A stretch of 64,000 nucleotides of DNA from an uncultured Spirochaetota bacterium (GTDB lineage Bacteria; Spirochaetota; Brevinematia; Brevinematales; JAOACQ01), in NCBI GenBank assembly GCA_963783575.1, contig CAWAOD010000005.1, positions 416,001 to 480,000 on the forward strand, given 5' to 3'. Below are positions 10,014 through 20,355 of this stretch, piece by piece (within the stretch, counting starts at the first letter, position 1; every line of letters starts with the position of its first letter). The notes beneath the pieces are model-generated. The model had not been told where the DNA came from. It worked only from the letters and a program-made list of their open reading frames with translations, and ran no database searches. The position numbers and the translations under genes are program-made.

Positions 10014-11270
10014 TTATATGTTCATAGACATATAAAAATACAAGCTTAAATCCATAGCTCCGTAATAAAGCTCATATCTCTCATCGCTTGCCTGCATATA
10101 AATAATACTGCCGCCGATGTCAACTTTATCATATGTTTTGTCAATCGTGAACTGGTGTTTCATTACCCCCGAATCCATTTCGTTGAGGAAAAAATAATCA
10201 AAGCTGAGAAACGAATTTTTTATCGTATAAGTAATATCGGTTGTAATATAATTTTTAAAATTTCTTTCGGATATAATCAGATTTTGTCCATAATGGTATG
10301 CGTTTGATGGATTTTTTAAAAAATTGTAAGTATCATCATACATTCCATGGGACAAGCCTTCACCGTAGGAGAAATATTCAATACTGAAACTGATATTGTT
10401 GTTAAAAACCGGTTCTGTTTTTATTGTTTGGAACCTGAATGAAACATTATAAAAATCGGAGCCTGATCTTTTATCTGTGTAATTACCATCAGAAGATACA
10501 TAAGGTCTATAACTTTCATTTTTATACAAACCTTCCATAAAAAATATGATATCGAAAGGAAGAACAGCAGACATGCTCAACCCGTTTACCGGAAGCCTTT
10601 TATTAGTATCACTGCTCCAGCTGTTACCAGAATAGCCAAGGACATAATTCAGTGAATAATTTAAATAAGCGCAGGATATAGATGAAAGGAAATAATTATC
10701 GCTGATACTGTTGAAACCTATCCAAACCATACTTTGATCTAAATTGATCTTAAGCTTATCTATGAATTCCGGCAGGGCAATATTCAGCCGTGCTGACGGT
10801 ATTCCTTTGTATCCCATATCCTGGTTGCCGATGTATATCTTATTATATAAATCGCGGATTTCCGGTACAAATTCAATAAGATTCATAGGATGAAAATAAC
10901 TATTGTAACCGTAATCAATTCTCATAAAGCCGGTTTTTAAACTTATCATATCGTAAAAAAGGAGATCTATATAAGCGCTTCTGATACTTATATTTATTGC
11001 GTTGGTATCAAAGCCTGTTGAAATATAAGTATCCAGCCTTGCATCGGGCTGAAAATTGTCTTCAAAATTTAAAGCCGGGGTTGCAATTATATGCGCCGCA
11101 ACCTGGCCGTTATTAGTCCATTGATTAGTCTGCATCAAAACAGTATTTGACATCATATGCGATGTGTAAACCGTGCTGTATAGTGTTACATCGGTTGATT
11201 TATCTGCAAAAATCTGCGCGTTAATAATTGTAATTGTCATAGTCAATATCAACATAATATTAAATTTCAT
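10014..11270 (-). CDS. Exported hypothetical protein, possibly outer-membrane beta-barrel
   Basis: Signal peptide, aromatic-rich alternating pattern, inside the ABC operon. Confidence 0.55.
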   Translation of the reverse strand: MKFNIMLILTMTITIINAQIFADKSTDVTLYSTVYTSHMMSNTVLMQTNQWTNNGQVAAHIIATPALNFEDNFQPDARLDTYISTGFDTNAINISIRSAYIDLLFYDMISLKTGFMRIDYGYNSYFHPMNLIEFVPEIRDLYNKIYIGNQDMGYKGIPSARLNIALPEFIDKLKINLDQSMVWIGFNSISDNYFLSSISCAYLNYSLNYVLGYSGNSWSSDTNKRLPVNGLSMSAVLPFDIIFFMEGLYKNESYRPYVSSDGNYTDKRSGSDFYNVSFRFQTIKTEPVFNNNISFSIEYFSYGEGLSHGMYDDTYNFLKNPSNAYHYGQNLIISERNFKNYITTDITYTIKNSFLSFDYFFLNEMDSGVMKHQFTIDKTYDKVDIGGSIIYMQASDERYELYYGAMDLSLYFYMSMNI

Positions 11271-11317
11271 TTCCATTCCTCCATGGATTAAGAAAATCAA
11301 ATTATGATTGTCTTACG

Positions 11318-12061
11318 TCATCTCGCATGTATACTGCTGATATTCTGCGGTCCGAAAAGCGATTTCGGAAGCTTTATTTTTTTAATATTGGATAATTCCG
11401 CCATCGCCTTGTTTTCGGAAATATAATCTTCCATATTGATCTTAAAACCGACAACTATTTCATCTTTCACTTTAATATCCGAAAATGTCGCCATCTTTAA
11501 TTTTTCCCCTGAAGCTGTAAAGTAAAGCCTTTTGTATGTGTCGAAGGTATTGGAATCGATCCAGATATCGACTCTTGCATAAAGGCTTGATCTGTTAGGC
11601 GCAAGGACAAGATAATAAACATCCTTATCATCATATTTGGATTTCTGTAAATTGGTTACTTTATAATCAGTGGCTAATTCCGAGCTTACAACATCGCCCC
11701 AGCTGAAGCTCGATTCCAAGAAAACAGCCTGGTAACTCATAATATCGGTTTTATTTATTTTAAAAATATAATAGTAAATCGTGTCGCCGCTTCTCATGCC
11801 AACATCATTTTTATTGATTTCAGGAGATACCCAGACTATAGTCTGGTTTAAATATCCCTTTTTATAACCCTGCATCTTATATTCACGGTGGCCTTCCTGG
11901 TCGTCCGAGGTAACAAAAAAGTCAATGCTCCCTTCTTCCGGGAAGAAACGTTTATCCGATTTTTCAAGAATATCCTTGCCCTCTTTTTGGACATCTTCAC
12001 AGAATAATGCGCCTGATGCGGTTAAAAAACACAAGCACAAAAAGATTTTTACAAAATTCAT
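11318..12061 (-). CDS. Outer-membrane lipoprotein-sorting (LolA-like) protein
   Basis: Signal peptide; FLESSFSWGDV, YARVDIWID, YFTASGEKLK pattern; operon context. Confidence 0.7.
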   Translation of the reverse strand: MNFVKIFLCLCFLTASGALFCEDVQKEGKDILEKSDKRFFPEEGSIDFFVTSDDQEGHREYKMQGYKKGYLNQTIVWVSPEINKNDVGMRSGDTIYYYIFKINKTDIMSYQAVFLESSFSWGDVVSSELATDYKVTNLQKSKYDDKDVYYLVLAPNRSSLYARVDIWIDSNTFDTYKRLYFTASGEKLKMATFSDIKVKDEIVVGFKINMEDYISENKAMAELSNIKKIKLPKSLFGPQNISSIHAR

Positions 12062-12077
12062 TACATTCTCCTTAAAA

Positions 12078-13280
12078 TCATTTTCCCTGCATAACATTTA
12101 TTGGATTACTTATAAGCACTTTAAAAAATAACGGTATCTGCGATATAATAACTGCCGATAAAATAATCAAAAAAGCGTTCTTTATCTGGTAGAACTGGAT
12201 GTATAAATCCATCCGGTTCGTTCCGGAAAGAAGCACAAATAAAACTTCAAGAAAACCTCCCGCGATCTGCTGTTTTGCGATCAGTGCGGTCAAATAACAT
12301 AAAACTACCGCGATGAATGTTGAAATCACAAGCTGTGACACGGATTCCAAAAGCAGAGTCAAACCTATTTTCCAGGATGGGATGCCGAATGACATTAAAG
12401 TGCCGATTTCTTTCTGCCTTTTACGGAAAAGTATCATATAGATGTTAAAGTTAACAAGCAGGACAACAGTTACTACTACAATAATGGTCAGAATGATCAT
12501 TAAAATCAGAAAGACATTGAATTGAACCGAAATATTCAGCACATCCCATGAACTTACCCTCATAGCTTCTATCGAATCTATCTTTGTCCTGGACTGGTCG
12601 TCAAGGGCTTCACGGATGTCTTTGTTAATTGTATCCGGGATTATTCCACCTTTAAAAAAGAGACAAAATTCGATATCTTTTATCTGGGGCATAAAATATG
12701 CTTCCATGCTTGAATATTTTACCAGAAAGCGGGGCGTGCTGAAAAGGTTCAGACCCGGTGAATTGTAAATCCCGCAGATTTTGTATCCTGCCGCGTTATA
12801 GACCTTGTCCGAAGTTTTGCCTGTAATACGAATCGTATCGCCGACTTTTATATCCGTTTTCTGAAGAAGGGAAGACGGAACAAGAATATCCTTGCCTTCT
12901 TGTAAAAGTTTCCCGTCGAGAAGAGTAAGATACCCGGCCAGGTTTTTATCATCCTGGAGATTAACGCCGATAAGCTCCGCGCTGCCGCTATTGTTCCTCC
13001 CGGGAAGCCTGTACTGAACATCGGATCGGACTTTCTGCGTTATGTATAATAATTGAGGTATTTTTTTCATAAGGGTTGAAGGAATATTATCAATATTTTC
13101 CTTCATTTTCAAAACTATTTCTCCCGAGAAAACGGTGTTCTGCAGGTTCAACTGCCTTCTCGATCCGTCGATATAAGCGAAAAGAAGGATTATCAGCATA
13201 ATTGAAATAACATTCGTCAAATATAACTTCCAAATCCTCTTAAATCCCTGTATGATTTCCGCAACTATTAATGTAAACAT
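12078..13280 (-). CDS. ABC transporter permease (FtsX/MacB family)
   Basis: N-terminal TM, periplasmic domain, RQKEIGTLMSFG motif. Confidence 0.85.
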   Translation of the reverse strand: MFTLIVAEIIQGFKRIWKLYLTNVISIMLIILLFAYIDGSRRQLNLQNTVFSGEIVLKMKENIDNIPSTLMKKIPQLLYITQKVRSDVQYRLPGRNNSGSAELIGVNLQDDKNLAGYLTLLDGKLLQEGKDILVPSSLLQKTDIKVGDTIRITGKTSDKVYNAAGYKICGIYNSPGLNLFSTPRFLVKYSSMEAYFMPQIKDIEFCLFFKGGIIPDTINKDIREALDDQSRTKIDSIEAMRVSSWDVLNISVQFNVFLILMIILTIIVVVTVVLLVNFNIYMILFRKRQKEIGTLMSFGIPSWKIGLTLLLESVSQLVISTFIAVVLCYLTALIAKQQIAGGFLEVLFVLLSGTNRMDLYIQFYQIKNAFLIILSAVIISQIPLFFKVLISNPINVMQGK

Positions 13281-13438
13281 AATATTTTTCTCCTTTTAAA
13301 CGCGACCTCTTGGTTTTCTTCGACAATACTTCGGCAAGCTCAGCACAGCGGCTCAGGGCAGGCTTATTGACCCATGTATAATTCAATGTATTAATCTCAA
13401 TATAAATCAAACCGGCTTCCCATATTTTGCTTATTGAA

Positions 13439-14671
13439 TCACAAATCTCTCATGACTTCCACCGGATCAAGCTTGCTCATTTTCTGAATAGCATAAAGGG
13501 TGTTTCCTATGAAAGCGATCAGCAATATGAACGTGATTATGATGAATGTCTGAGGATAATTCTGTATGTATAATATCGATCTGCCGAAAATCAGGTGAAG
13601 AGGGATTATAGTGGCTTCAATCCCGTTTGTCGATATTCCCTGCATTACATAAAGTCCAAGAAGCGTTCCCAGCAAACCGAAAAATATCATCACGAGCAAA
13701 AATTCCCCGCCGAAAAGCAGGCCTATCCGCCATTTTTTTACACCCAGGGCCATATAAATTCCAATTTCCTGCCTTCTTGTTTCGATAGAAAGGTTCACTA
13801 GGAATGAACTGCAGAGATATACCATCAAAAGAAGAAGAAATGCTATAAAGTAGATAGTAAAGTAAGTCAGTTTATATATCCCGCTGACTAAATTTGAAGA
13901 ATCCTGAGGTAATATAAAACGGTAAATTTTGCCGAACCTGTTTTTTATATCTGATATTAAAGAATTAAGATTCCTGTTTTGATGCAGTCTTACAAATATC
14001 TCGCCGACAAGCGGCTCCTTTGTCATTAAAAGGCTATTGAGATAATCCAGCGATACAAAGGCGTAAAGCGCGAATTCGGTATAATAAGCAAGATCTTCAT
14101 AATCAAAAACTCCTACCAGTTTTGCCGGGTCGAAATTAAAATAGCCGTCCATTGTCTGTACACCGATTCCGACGACGGCACCGGTGTTAATATTTAAATA
14201 ATCGGAATGTCTGTAATAAAGATTTATCTGGTTTGTAGTTGTTAACCAATACCCATTGTCCATTTTTCTGTTTGGAAGAAGTTCTTTCTCTGCTTTCAGG
14301 GTCAACACCTGTTATGATCATTGGGGTTTCATTGAAATCTGATTTTACGTCACCCCATACCCTTAATCTTGGGGAAGCATTCGCGACATATTTATTATTT
14401 CTGAGAAACAAAAGAAGTTCCTGCCAGTTTTCAAGCGGGATAAGCTTTTTTCGCCATCTTTGGTTATTACATCAAGCCTTTTAACCTTTGCTGAAGTTAT
14501 GATAACATCTCCTGTCATATTCTCGGCAACGGCTTTCTTCAGAGACTTTGATATTGAAAACACGGTATTCATTCCGACAATCAGGTAGAAACAGAGCATA
14601 ATAACCATCAATCCTATTAAAATAAATAAAAACTTATGCTTTAAAACATTATGAAAAATCAGCTTTATCAT
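13439..14671 (-). pseudogene. ABC permease (FtsX family) split by two 1-bp frameshifts (about 14448 and 14300); real pseudogene or sequencing error
   Basis: Three overlapping ORFs join into one permease (DGEK|KLIPLENWQ...GVD|LKAEKELL...RRQEIGIYMALG); breaks lie in homopolymer runs. Confidence 0.75.
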
Positions 14672-14681
14672 TTCCCTCTCC

Positions 14682-15343
14682 TTATTTTATGTTGAAATCA
14701 GCACCGAGTGAAAAAACCGGTATGCCAAGCCCTATTCTTGAAGTAGGCGAGACCATCGATTCTTCACCTATATTTATCAGTCCAGCTTCTCCTTCAAGAG
14801 CTATTTTATCCCAGGTTTGGCTTATTCCTCCGATCTTAAAATTAAATGTCGGTTTTGGCAGCTTCTGGAAATCAAACCTTATTTCAAAAGCCATATAAGC
14901 CGACCAATTGTTGCCTCTCATAACCGGGGTAATACCAAAAGTAGGGTAGGCATTCAAGTCAGCATTTTTAAATGTTATCTGAGTCGGTAAATTAACATAT
15001 GTATTCCATTCAGAAATTAAATTTGTCGTATTATTGAGATTATATACACCATAAGGCTCAATAAGAAGGGTACCTGCAAACAATGGAATCAAATAAAGAT
15101 TTCCTCCTGCGTTAAAAGTGTCCGATACGCCGTAATTGGCTCCTATACAAAGGTTCACAGGAATAGGGAGCCATTCCATTCCCTTAAATTGGTCATTATA
15201 GCTCCTCCAAGTGATACATTTACAGTCATACTATCTTTTTTTATCATTTCCCTTCCTGAAGATAAAGCGCAGGAAGGATTCAAAGATATAATAAAACATA
15301 TTAGGATAGCAAGAAGTGAATTAATTAAGGCTTTATTTTTCAT
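14682..15343 (-). pseudogene. Putative lipoprotein/outer-membrane protein, frameshifted near 15187
   Basis: Signal peptide ORF ending LNPSC joins 14682-15179 ORF with one extra base. Confidence 0.55.
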
Positions 15344-15749
15344 AGTCTCTCCATTCGAATTAGTTATCAATTATAGGAATCAGGTCAATTATTAATATTA
15401 TTTTATTATTCAAATCAAAAAAATTATCCTATACCTTAAATCGGTAAATTATATCTTCAAAAATACTTAAAAACAATAGGACTTTCATCTCATTTTACAT
15501 AGGACTTTAGGCTTATATTGATTGCATGCTACAATAATGTCAACTCAGCAGGAAAATAAATAATTCTTAGTTATTACCACAGAGAACTAAACATTGTTTT
15601 TATAATTATATCCTTTTTGTCCCTTTGCTATAGTGATAAATTATTAATTTAACTTTTCCTAAAGGCTTCAATAACATAATTATTATAATATGAGATCAGA
15701 TAAAACTTCAATTCTTCAAACGAAATATTTTCTTTTCAGATTCTGCTCC

Positions 15750-16595
15750 TCAATTTTGCCATTCTGAAATTTCTTCCAGAACGGTCGTTTCACCGGGTTT
15801 TTGTCCTTTTATAAGTAAACTCCGGCTGTTATCCTCAATCCAAATGAATATTTCCCTTGTATATGCCTGAGCTAAAGTCGCGAGGAATGGATCGCCTATT
15901 GAAAAACCGTATTTTATGGTAATAAATTTTCCAGCCTTAGTTTCAATGGTTTCTTTCCCCAGTTTTACTAAACTTCCCGGGATAGGTTCTTTAATAATTT
16001 GAGGCGCAATAATGTAAGAAATGCCGCCCCCATTAAGATCCAGATATCTTGAGCCTATTAAGGCAAAAGAATCCATATCCCAGATAGGGTAATCAGTTTT
16101 AATTTTTATTCTGCTTTCAACGGTTCTGATTTCTTTATTATCAATCAATTTTTCAATATATAAGGCTGTTTTTTTTTCATTATTAATCTCAAGGCTGTAA
16201 TATACCAGTCCTTTATAGTTTAAATTATTTGTTAAAATATAATTCAAAATGTTAAATTTTGAAAAAATGATTGAGGCATTATCTAATGAAACGCATATCT
16301 GTTGTGAATAATTTGTATAATGTGCATGTATTCTATATTTATGTTGAGGTACATTAGCATCCATATAAAGCATAATTATTTTTTTGTCAGGATAATACCT
16401 TGTGACCCTATTGACTTCCCTGATTTTTTCACCGCCTGCATAATCGGTATATTTTAATAATTCCCCGTCGGTAAATTCAAAATTCCTTGCCTTCATAGGA
16501 ACCATCTCGATTCTTCTTATTCCCATAGGGCTGGATGTTGAAGGGTATCCCCATAAAATGCATAATGAAATAATCAGAATAATTATTTTCGGCAT
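15750..16595 (-). CDS. Exported hypothetical protein
   Basis: AGGAGA RBS, signal peptide MPKIIILII, ETIETKAGKF motif. Confidence 0.6.
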   Translation of the reverse strand: MPKIIILIISLCILWGYPSTSSPMGIRRIEMVPMKARNFEFTDGELLKYTDYAGGEKIREVNRVTRYYPDKKIIMLYMDANVPQHKYRIHAHYTNYSQQICVSLDNASIIFSKFNILNYILTNNLNYKGLVYYSLEINNEKKTALYIEKLIDNKEIRTVESRIKIKTDYPIWDMDSFALIGSRYLDLNGGGISYIIAPQIIKEPIPGSLVKLGKETIETKAGKFITIKYGFSIGDPFLATLAQAYTREIFIWIEDNSRSLLIKGQKPGETTVLEEISEWQN

Positions 16596-16707
16596 AAAAT
16601 CTCCTTTTTGCTTTTTAATTAATAATAGCACAAAATAATATCTTTTATCAATAACACTTTCGGGCGATTTTTTATTAAGATTTAAAAATACTACTTTCGG
16701 ATAAGGA

Positions 16708-17655
16708 TTATTGGTTTTGAGATTTATTTAATCCGGTAAGGTTCAATAATTCAACCCTGTTTTTTATATTCATTTTTTGATAGATGTTTCGAATATGCTT
16801 CTTGACCGTATTTACAGAAATAAAATTTTCTTCCGCTATTTTAAGGTTATTATGACCTTTTGCAAGACAGTTAATGATATTTCTTTCCTGCGCCGTTATA
16901 CCATATTTTTCCATGATTGATTCATTGGGTTGAAAAAATGTTAAAACCGGATACGCGGAAATTAATGGCTTAATTGAATAAATTAATAATAACAGATTCC
17001 ACAAAAAATAAAAAATCAGGTTGAGCCAATTCAGCGGAAGCTGGTTTAAATAAGAATTTCTATTTGGAATATTATATAGCTGCCATGAAGTTATTGAGTC
17101 AAATACAATAAAAATAATATAAAATAACGTAAATAATTTGATATTTTGTTTTATTTCTATAGATTTTAACTTATGATAATATATCAATACCAGCACAGGC
17201 GGATAAACCATGATTATTAATAATAATATATTTAAAAAGTTATTATCGGGAACAAAATAGATAACGCTGTTTCCAAGAGGAAATTGTATGAATGCCGAGC
17301 TTTGTAAAATAAAAACCAGTATAATAATTCCAATTAAAATAATATTTCCGGGTTTAATAAATGGTACGGAAAGCAGAGAATGGAAAATAAATGGAATAAT
17401 AAAAACAAGAATAAATGTCATTTCTTTCGCCGCATAGAACAATGCCAGCTCGGTGCGGTTCTGAAGCGAGAAATTTAGTTCAATATAAAGGAAAATAGTA
17501 TTAAACAATATCCTGGCAGTAATTATCAAAAAGAAAATAAGAAAATATTTTATTGATGGTTCTTTTCTATTTTGATATCTTATTATGAAAAGTGTTAAAG
17601 CAATTATTCCCATAGATAATGCTATAAAAAATATTAATATCATAATATGCGGCAT
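16708..17655 (-). CDS. Membrane-anchored LuxR-type HTH regulator
   Basis: About 7 TM segments then ITAQERNII...IAEENFISVNTVKKHIRNIYQKM. Confidence 0.85.
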   Translation of the reverse strand: MPHIMILIFFIALSMGIIALTLFIIRYQNRKEPSIKYFLIFFLIITARILFNTIFLYIELNFSLQNRTELALFYAAKEMTFILVFIIPFIFHSLLSVPFIKPGNIILIGIIILVFILQSSAFIQFPLGNSVIYFVPDNNFLNILLLIIMVYPPVLVLIYYHKLKSIEIKQNIKLFTLFYIIFIVFDSITSWQLYNIPNRNSYLNQLPLNWLNLIFYFLWNLLLLIYSIKPLISAYPVLTFFQPNESIMEKYGITAQERNIINCLAKGHNNLKIAEENFISVNTVKKHIRNIYQKMNIKNRVELLNLTGLNKSQNQ

Positions 17656-18031
17656 ATCATTTCTCCAAGAAAATATGATTGTTCTTAAAGATTTAACTAT
17701 TCAGCCATATAAAACCTGTTATTAACAGAACCGATTTTAAGCCACTAATTACACTAATTAACGTGAATTTGTGTGAACCTGCGGTGAGCTTCTTGGCTAA
17801 TCGTGAAATTAACGGCAAATAATGTATAGCTGTTTATGATACATATTGACTGAGTAATTACAGACTATTAATAAAATTTTTGATGAATTTTTTAGTATTT
17901 ATTGTTACAGGTAGAATTAACAAAAATGATTAGCCTTTAAAATCACTTTATTATGCTGAAGCTTCAATTAAATTATTATTGAATGGGAAAGAAAAATCTT
18001 ATTTTAGAAAAAATTTATTTTTAGAAAAAAT

Positions 18032-18901
18032 TTATTTTTTAAAGAACATTCCTATAAATTTCTGAAGGCCGGTTTCTTCATCTTTTATTTCCAGATTCAT
18101 TAATCGTCTGGCTATATGGTTAACACAGAGTGAAACATTGGATGTCGGATACATTTGAACGAACGGCGTTTGTTTTCTGACTGCTTCCGAAACAATCGGA
18201 TCGTCATAAATAAATCCGAAATTATCTATCTTGATATTCAAAAACTGAGCGCAGATGTCAATTATCTTTTTTGAAACTTTATTCGCCTCCGCGGGATTTC
18301 TGACGCGGTTCAACACAAGCTTGATATTGGCGTTATCGGACTCAGTAACTATGGCTTTTATTATTCCGTAGGCATCGGTTATTGATGTGGGCTCAGGTGT
18401 TGTGATGACAATTGTTTCATGAGCAGCAAGAACAAAGCTTATCACATTTGAAGAAATTCCTGCTGAAGTATCTATTATAATATAATCGGCATTGCTTATT
18501 TCCTTCAAGCCCTCGATTAAATTGTTTTTTTCTTCCTCTTTAATATTGGCAAGCTGGGTAAATCCGGATGCGCCTGCAATGAAATCGACCCCGGCGTCTG
18601 TTTTATATATTATCTCGGACATTTTTTTCTGTCCTTTGATAACGTGCAGAAGATTATTTTTAGGAATCGCTCCCAATAGAACATGAATATTTGCCAGACC
18701 TAAATCGGCATCAAAAACTATAACCTTTTTCGGGGCGTCTTTCATATTTGCAAGGCTGATGCCGAGGTTTAGAGCAAAACTGCTTTTTCCGACGCCGCCC
18801 TTACCGGAGGTAATTGCTATAATCTTGGTATTCGATCTGGGGAAACTCCCCATCATTCTTCTTAAACCTTCTGCCTGATCCGGACCTAGAATGGTAGACA
18901 T
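18032..18901 (-). CDS. flhG: MinD/ParA-family flagellar number regulator
   Basis: DQAEGLR, SGKGGVGKS, DADLGLAN, TPEPTSITDAY; follows flhF. Confidence 0.9.
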   Translation of the reverse strand: MSTILGPDQAEGLRRMMGSFPRSNTKIIAITSGKGGVGKSSFALNLGISLANMKDAPKKVIVFDADLGLANIHVLLGAIPKNNLLHVIKGQKKMSEIIYKTDAGVDFIAGASGFTQLANIKEEEKNNLIEGLKEISNADYIIIDTSAGISSNVISFVLAAHETIVITTPEPTSITDAYGIIKAIVTESDNANIKLVLNRVRNPAEANKVSKKIIDICAQFLNIKIDNFGFIYDDPIVSEAVRKQTPFVQMYPTSNVSLCVNHIARRLMNLEIKDEETGLQKFIGMFFKK

Positions 18902-18926
18902 AGTAACCTCAAACCCAAATAATTGT

Positions 18927-20237
18927 TTACTTTAAAGAATCGGCAATTAATTTATCTACATTAGCAATTTCAAAATCTTCGGGAACGCCCTGTCCGTTTG
19001 TAATAAATGAAAGCGGTTTTTTTGTTTGATAGAGGGTTGAAAGTATGGAACCAAGATATGCCGTCTCGTCAAGTTTGGTCGCGATTATGTGTGAAAAATC
19101 CAGGCAGGAATAACTGTTGATAATAAGGTCAAGATCCTTTGGCTTTGTTGTTGCGCTGACAACAAGATGTACATCAAACTTTTTATTCGCTTTCTTGATC
19201 CAATCGGACAGCTCTTTTATTACTATTGAATCCTTCGGGCTTTTACCGGCGGTGTCTATAAAAGTATAATGGGTTTCATCCTTATCGATAAGGTCAAAAA
19301 ACTGCTCCTGCTTATTGATAGGATAGAACGGCGCTTTCATTAGATCAGAGTATGTCCTGAGCTGGGAATCGGCACCGACCTTGTAGCGGTCTATAGAAAT
19401 GAAGCGTAGGGATTTCTGGCGGATTACCGCTATATGCGCGGCAAGTTTTATTATACTGACAGTTTTACCTACTCCAGTCGGGCCCGCGAATAGAATATTC
19501 TTGCCGTTATTATAATTTTCCATTAATATATCTTCCCGGGCGATATTAGCCTTTAAAAAATCCCTGATGGTAATAAGAACCTGTGATTTATCAATTAAAA
19601 CATCGCTTTTCTGCATTTTTAAAAATTCCAGAACATCCTGTATAAAAGCCGGATGGAACTCCCTTTCTCTTAAAAATTCTTCGGCCCACTGAATATTTTT
19701 CTGTGATATTTCCACATCCTGTATAATCTTTTTTCGGTTATCCAGGGCGGAGTTCCTGTTATTTTTCATCAGGCCTTCTTTTATTTCTTCAAATTCGCTT
19801 TTTATATAGGTCTGGATCTGAGATAAAGACAATTTAAGGTTTACAACTTCCTCTTCGAGTTTTTTATTTTTATCATCTTCGATTTGCTGAGAGTTTTGAA
19901 TATTCATTGATGAAGGTGAAGCGATTTTTTTGTATTCACTGTTTAAATATGTTGAGGTGTCCGTGTTCTCTTCTTTAAACAAGGAAGGCTGGATTTCCAT
20001 TCTCGGCTGAATTTTCCTTCCGGTATTTTTTCTTTCCCTGTCAAGAATCTTGTTCTCATCTATACAAGCGGTAGCGATCCAGACAGTTTCCTTTCGAAGT
20101 CCCAGGAACTTTTTTCTTTCCTCCGGGTATGTTCTTATGAGCATTGTCTCTTTAACCCGGTTTTCCACTCTGGCGGCTGTAAACATTTTATCTACGGCTT
20201 CCTGCTTGGTTCTTCCCTCATAGATTGCATATTTCAT
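18927..20237 (-). CDS. flhF: Flagellar biosynthesis SRP-type GTPase
   Basis: GPTGVGKT, DTAG, TKLDET, GQGVPED. Confidence 0.9.
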   Translation of the reverse strand: MKYAIYEGRTKQEAVDKMFTAARVENRVKETMLIRTYPEERKKFLGLRKETVWIATACIDENKILDRERKNTGRKIQPRMEIQPSLFKEENTDTSTYLNSEYKKIASPSSMNIQNSQQIEDDKNKKLEEEVVNLKLSLSQIQTYIKSEFEEIKEGLMKNNRNSALDNRKKIIQDVEISQKNIQWAEEFLREREFHPAFIQDVLEFLKMQKSDVLIDKSQVLITIRDFLKANIAREDILMENYNNGKNILFAGPTGVGKTVSIIKLAAHIAVIRQKSLRFISIDRYKVGADSQLRTYSDLMKAPFYPINKQEQFFDLIDKDETHYTFIDTAGKSPKDSIVIKELSDWIKKANKKFDVHLVVSATTKPKDLDLIINSYSCLDFSHIIATKLDETAYLGSILSTLYQTKKPLSFITNGQGVPEDFEIANVDKLIADSLK

Positions 20238-20355
20238 AATCCCCTCCCGCCTGAATTATTCTAACACCTTTTTCCTGTTATAGCAATAAATTAATATTAA
20301 TATTTCTATTGCAAGTTGAAGCTTAGCTTCGTATTGAAGCATTGGCTTCAATAAA

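Noticed and set aside
18001..18040. Short AT-rich tandem duplications (also 37329-37372)
   Set aside because: Low-complexity slippage repeats next to stop codons with no further structure.
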